A stretch of 31,072 bases of DNA from an uncultured Spirochaetales bacterium (GTDB lineage: Bacteria; Spirochaetota; Spirochaetia; SP-2023; CAYRNA01): positions 1 through 31,072 of the forward strand of contig CAZATZ010000001.1 in NCBI GenBank assembly GCA_964488175.1, read 5' to 3'. Below, one piece after another: positions 27,304 to 31,072 of the stretch; position 1 is the stretch's first letter, and every line of letters starts with the position of its first letter. The notes under the pieces were generated by a model, which ran no database searches, was not told where the DNA came from, and saw only the letters and a list, made by a program, of their open reading frames with translations. The translations under genes were made by a program, and so were the position numbers.

Positions 27304-27393
27304 CCACTACCCCGTCTTTTCTAAAAAGGTCTAAAACACTCTCTTTTTGCAGGTACTTCAAACAAGGCACCTCTAAAATACTTAGAAATGCTC

Positions 27394-30300
27394 TTAAAAC
27401 TGACTCTCCTGCTTCTGTAAAATCTCGCTATCTCGTTCAGTTAACGCAAGCTGTTCTCCCTTAGCATCAAATATCTGTACATCGAGTCCTAATCCTCTCA
27501 ACTCTTGAATCAAGACGTTAAACGACTCGGGGGTTCCCGCACTCTCCATCTGCGTTCCCTTCACAATCGCCTCATAAATTTTTGAGCGACCCGTCATATC
27601 ATCCGACTTGAAGGTCATCAACTCCTGAAGTGTATTCGCCGCTCCGTACGCCTCTAACGCCCAGACCTCCATCTCTCCAAACCGCTGGCCTCCAAATTGA
27701 GCCTTTCCCCCCAAGGGTTGCTGGGTTACCAGCGAGTAAGGCCCCGTCGATCGAGCGTGCATCTTATCGTCTGCAAGGTGGTGAAGTTTCAGGTAGTACA
27801 TGTATCCGACCATGACGTTGTTCTGGAATTTCTCCCCTGTCAAGCCGTCATAGAGAGGCTGTTTCGAACTCTTATCGATTCCGGCCTCCTCCAACTCTTT
27901 TTCAATCTCAGCGATCGAAGCGGATTGGAAGACCTCTGTTTTGTATAAATGGTTTAATTTCGCCCCCGCCATACCGAGCATCGTCTCGAGTAGCTGTCCG
28001 ATATTCATTCGAGATGGAACACCAAGAGGGTTCAAGCAGACATCCAGCGGGGTTCCGTCTTCGAGAAAAGGCATATCCTCTTCGGGGAGAATCTTAGCGA
28101 TAACACCCTTGTTACCGTGACGCCCCGCCATCTTATCTCCCTCTTTCAGTTTTCGCTTGGAGGCGACATAGACCTTAATCTCCTCCTCGACGCCGGGGCT
28201 TAATTCGGTCGAACCACCACCCCTCTGTAACCGTTGAATATCGATAACCGTTCCTTCAATTCCGTGGGGAACTCGTAGAGAGGAGTCTCTGACATCCTTA
28301 ACCTTGGCACCGAAGATAGAGTTCAAGAGTTTAAACTCGGGAGTCGTCTCTGTTTCAGAACGAGGAGTTGTTTTTCCTACTAAGATGGTTCCCGAAGAGA
28401 CCTTGGCTCCTACACAGATGATTCCATCCTCGTCGAGATTCTCAAGCTCTTTTTCTCCGACATTGGGAACGTCGCGGGTTATTTTTTCGACTCCCAGCTT
28501 CGTATCACGTGCCTCTAAAACAAACTCTTTAATGTGAATCGAGGTGTAATAGTCGTCGCGTACGACTCTCTCTGAGATAAGAACTGCGTCCTCAAAGTTA
28601 TACCCGTTCCAAGGAACGAATCCAACAAGAAGATTTTTTCCTAACGCAAGCTCTCCCCCCTGTGTCGAAGGGCCGTCGGCGATCACATCCCCTTTAGAGA
28701 CCGTATCTGAGACACGAACAACGGGAACTTGATTGAAGCAGGTGTCTTGGTTTGTCCGCTGATACTTGACCAGAGGAGCGATATGCGTCTCTCCCGACTC
28801 GTCGAGAATCTCGACACAATCGGAGGTAACCGAGCTAACAGAACCAGAGACGGGTGCCTTCGCCACAACTCCCGTATCGTACGCAACTCTCGTCTCAAGC
28901 CCCGTTCCTACAATGGGAGCCTGTGGAAAGAGGAGAGGAACCGCTTGTCGCTGCATATTACACCCCATGAGCGCTCGGTTGGCGTCATCGTGTTCCAAGA
29001 AGGGAATGAGTGAGGTTGCGGTTGAAATAAGCTGTCGAGGAGAGACGTCCATGTAGTCGATCTGATCGACCTCTATGGCGAAGTAGTCACCAGATCGCCG
29101 TACCGCTACCGTATCGTTAATGAAATTCCCATTCTCATCGATAGGAGCACTCGCTTGTGCGATCGTGTACTTGTCTTCCTCTAACGCAGAAAGATAGTCG
29201 ATTTGATCGGTAACACCCTTTCCTTCAACTCGCCGATACGGCGTCTCTAAGAAGCCAAATTCATTAATTTTTGCGTAGTTAGAAAGAGAGACAATTAGAC
29301 CGATATTCGGCCCCTCGGGAGTCTCAATCGGACACATCCGACCGTAGTGAGAGTAGTGAACGTCTCGGACTTCAAATCCCGCTCTATCACGGGAAAGCCC
29401 TCCGATTCCCAGCGCACTTAGACGCCTCTTGTGCGTTAATTCGGCGAGAGGGTTGATCTGATCCATAAACTGCGACAGCTGACTCGAGCCAAAAAACTCT
29501 TTGACCGAAGCGATGATAGGCTTAATCGAGAGTAGGTCTTGAGGTTTCAGATCCTCGCTCTCTTTCATCGTCATTCTATCTCTAGCGATTCTATCCAACC
29601 GAGCGAAGGCGGTCTTTAGCTGGTTCTGTAGGAGTTCACCCACAGACCGAATACGACGATTCCCTAGGTGATCGATATCGTCGACTTTTGCGTCGCCCGT
29701 ATAGACTCGCAAGAAGTAACGAAGCGTTGCCACGATATCTTCTACGTCGAGAACACGACTCTCCTTCGTCTCGTCGAAGCCCATCTTTAGGTTCATTTTA
29801 TAACGTCCGACAGCCCCCAGATCGTACCGATTGGAACCGAAAAACATATTCTTCAGATCTTCAGTCGCCTGCTCAGGACTTACCGTCTCTCCAGGAGAGA
29901 TCGTCGCACGGACTAGAATAACCGCCTCTTCTTGACTCGGTTCATCCTGCTCAACGTTATCTCTATTGTAGGTGCTGACCTCTCGATCAAAGCAGTTAAT
30001 CAGAGCGTCTGAGCGGAGAGAATCTTCAGCTTTAAAATTAATCAAAGAGATTTTCTCAACACCAGCTCGGTGCAACTCATCAAAGTGGTGGAGATGAACT
30101 CTCTCGCCAGCTTGATACAACTTCGTCTGTTTTCCGTCGATCTCAACAAAAACGGTCTTGGCGTAGACACCACCGATCCACTTCTGATTGACAGTATCAT
30201 TTTTAGAGACAGAGACAGTCCGCATCTTGTAGAACGTCTCAATAATTTTTTCACGAGTCTCTAATCCCAGAGCTCGTAGAAAGAGAGTGGCAAGCACCTT

Positions 30301-30885
30301 CTTCTTTCGATCAATTTTAACGTACGCAATGCTCTTCTTTTGATCGATTTCAAACTCAAGCCAAGAGCCTCGATAAGGAATAATCCGTGAATAGAGCCTT
30401 CCCCTCTCAGAGGCAAAAATAACTCCTGGAGAGCGGTGAATCTGCGAGACAACAACTCTCTCTGCCCCATTGATGATAAAGGTTCCTCGATCCGTCATCA
30501 TGGGAAGATCACCCATATACACGTTTCGGTGACGAATCTCACCCGTCTCGTGAAAGACCAAGTTAAAATCCGCTTTAAGAGGAACGCAGAAAGTAGTACC
30601 TGCCCGTTTACACTGAGCCTCATTCATTCGAATCGAATCAAAATCAAGGGCGTACCCCCCATACTCTAGGGACAGCGCCTTGGCTGCGTTCTCAACGGGG
30701 AAGGTGTTTTGAAAAACCTCTTCTAATCCTTGTCGCAACAAGGGTTCCCCTTTTCTAAGCTTCTCAAATTGCAAAAACCGCTCGTAAGACTCAAACTGTG
30801 CTTGAATAAGATTTGGAATCGTCAAGACCTCTTTAAATTCTTTTCCGATCTTAACTCGTTTATTCAACCGATTCTCTGTTTCCAC
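27394..30885 (-). CDS. rpoB: RNA polymerase beta subunit
   Basis: [62 protein letters not shown] start. Confidence 0.99.
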   Translation of the reverse strand: METENRLNKRVKIGKEFKEVLTIPNLIQAQFESYERFLQFEKLRKGEPLLRQGLEEVFQNTFPVENAAKALSLEYGGYALDFDSIRMNEAQCKRAGTTFCVPLKADFNLVFHETGEIRHRNVYMGDLPMMTDRGTFIINGAERVVVSQIHRSPGVIFASERGRLYSRIIPYRGSWLEFEIDQKKSIAYVKIDRKKKVLATLFLRALGLETREKIIETFYKMRTVSVSKNDTVNQKWIGGVYAKTVFVEIDGKQTKLYQAGERVHLHHFDELHRAGVEKISLINFKAEDSLRSDALINCFDREVSTYNRDNVEQDEPSQEEAVILVRATISPGETVSPEQATEDLKNMFFGSNRYDLGAVGRYKMNLKMGFDETKESRVLDVEDIVATLRYFLRVYTGDAKVDDIDHLGNRRIRSVGELLQNQLKTAFARLDRIARDRMTMKESEDLKPQDLLSIKPIIASVKEFFGSSQLSQFMDQINPLAELTHKRRLSALGIGGLSRDRAGFEVRDVHYSHYGRMCPIETPEGPNIGLIVSLSNYAKINEFGFLETPYRRVEGKGVTDQIDYLSALEEDKYTIAQASAPIDENGNFINDTVAVRRSGDYFAIEVDQIDYMDVSPRQLISTATSLIPFLEHDDANRALMGCNMQRQAVPLLFPQAPIVGTGLETRVAYDTGVVAKAPVSGSVSSVTSDCVEILDESGETHIAPLVKYQRTNQDTCFNQVPVVRVSDTVSKGDVIADGPSTQGGELALGKNLLVGFVPWNGYNFEDAVLISERVVRDDYYTSIHIKEFVLEARDTKLGVEKITRDVPNVGEKELENLDEDGIICVGAKVSSGTILVGKTTPRSETETTPEFKLLNSIFGAKVKDVRDSSLRVPHGIEGTVIDIQRLQRGGGSTELSPGVEEEIKVYVASKRKLKEGDKMAGRHGNKGVIAKILPEEDMPFLEDGTPLDVCLNPLGVPSRMNIGQLLETMLGMAGAKLNHLYKTEVFQSASIAEIEKELEEAGIDKSSKQPLYDGLTGEKFQNNVMVGYMYYLKLHHLADDKMHARSTGPYSLVTQQPLGGKAQFGGQRFGEMEVWALEAYGAANTLQELMTFKSDDMTGRSKIYEAIVKGTQMESAGTPESFNVLIQELRGLGLDVQIFDAKGEQLALTERDSEILQKQESQF

Positions 30886-31072
30886 AGACTCTCCCCCCTA
30901 CAACAAGAAAGAAATACAACAAAATCCTATCGACCTAACTCTTCCGCCTCTCTTGAAAGAGACAATAAGGGAGTTGATGGATTCAAACGAACGGGAAGAC
31001 CTCATAAAGACTCAATGCTTAACTGAGGCGACACCCCTGAAGGATAACAATTAACTAGCTCAAGTAATTAGC

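Noticed and set aside
27304-27393. rpoB-rpoC fusion or frameshift
   Set aside because: rpoB ends in a clean TAA at 27394-27396 and rpoC has its own ATG after a 90-bp spacer.
7484-31026. Numerous plus-strand and alternate-frame ORFs of 60-180 aa over the ribosomal and RNAP genes
   Set aside because: They are antisense shadows of highly conserved genes, with no motifs or SDs.
30886-31072. 3' end of rplL (L7/L12) expected upstream of rpoB
   Set aside because: No frame gives a recognisable L7/L12 C-terminus; the gene probably ends outside the window. The 98-aa plus-strand ORF 30730-31026 is antisense to rpoB.

Overview
The window has two parts. (1) 7310-30885, all on the minus strand, is a continuous core cluster read as rpoB-rpoC-rpsL-rpsG-tuf, then the S10 and spc blocks, then secY-rpmJ-rpsM-rpsK-rpoA-rplQ. 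fusA, adk, map, infA and rpsD are absent from their usual slots. Gene order and protein signatures (RpoA start [10 protein letters not shown], RpoC/RpoB N-termini, EF-Tu) point to a spirochaete (Spirochaetales-like); this is inference, not a database result. (2) 1-7300 is an accessory arm with five genes: a YiaV/YibH-type membrane-fusion protein, an ApbE/Ftp flavin transferase lipoprotein, a secreted FxLYD-like protein, an atypical sigma70/ECF-like protein, and an outer-membrane beta-barrel with repeat-rich N-terminus. Two gene-free AT-rich stretches of about 1 kb separate them. The most interesting signal is a candidate regulatory cascade: a well-spaced sigma54 -24/-12 promoter (3902-3919), then a leader with a strong-SD 19-codon uORF in alternative hairpins, then a sigma-like protein with an apparently duplicated sigma4-type HTH. 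That gene converges, across a perfect 16-bp hairpin, on the beta-barrel gene, which has its own weaker sigma54-like site. An 89-bp inverted-repeat (MITE-like) element with a second partial copy, and a promoter plus switch-like leader between rpsM and rpsK, also stand out. No rRNA, tRNA, CRISPR array or transposase was recognised. All calls are by eye; no searches were run.
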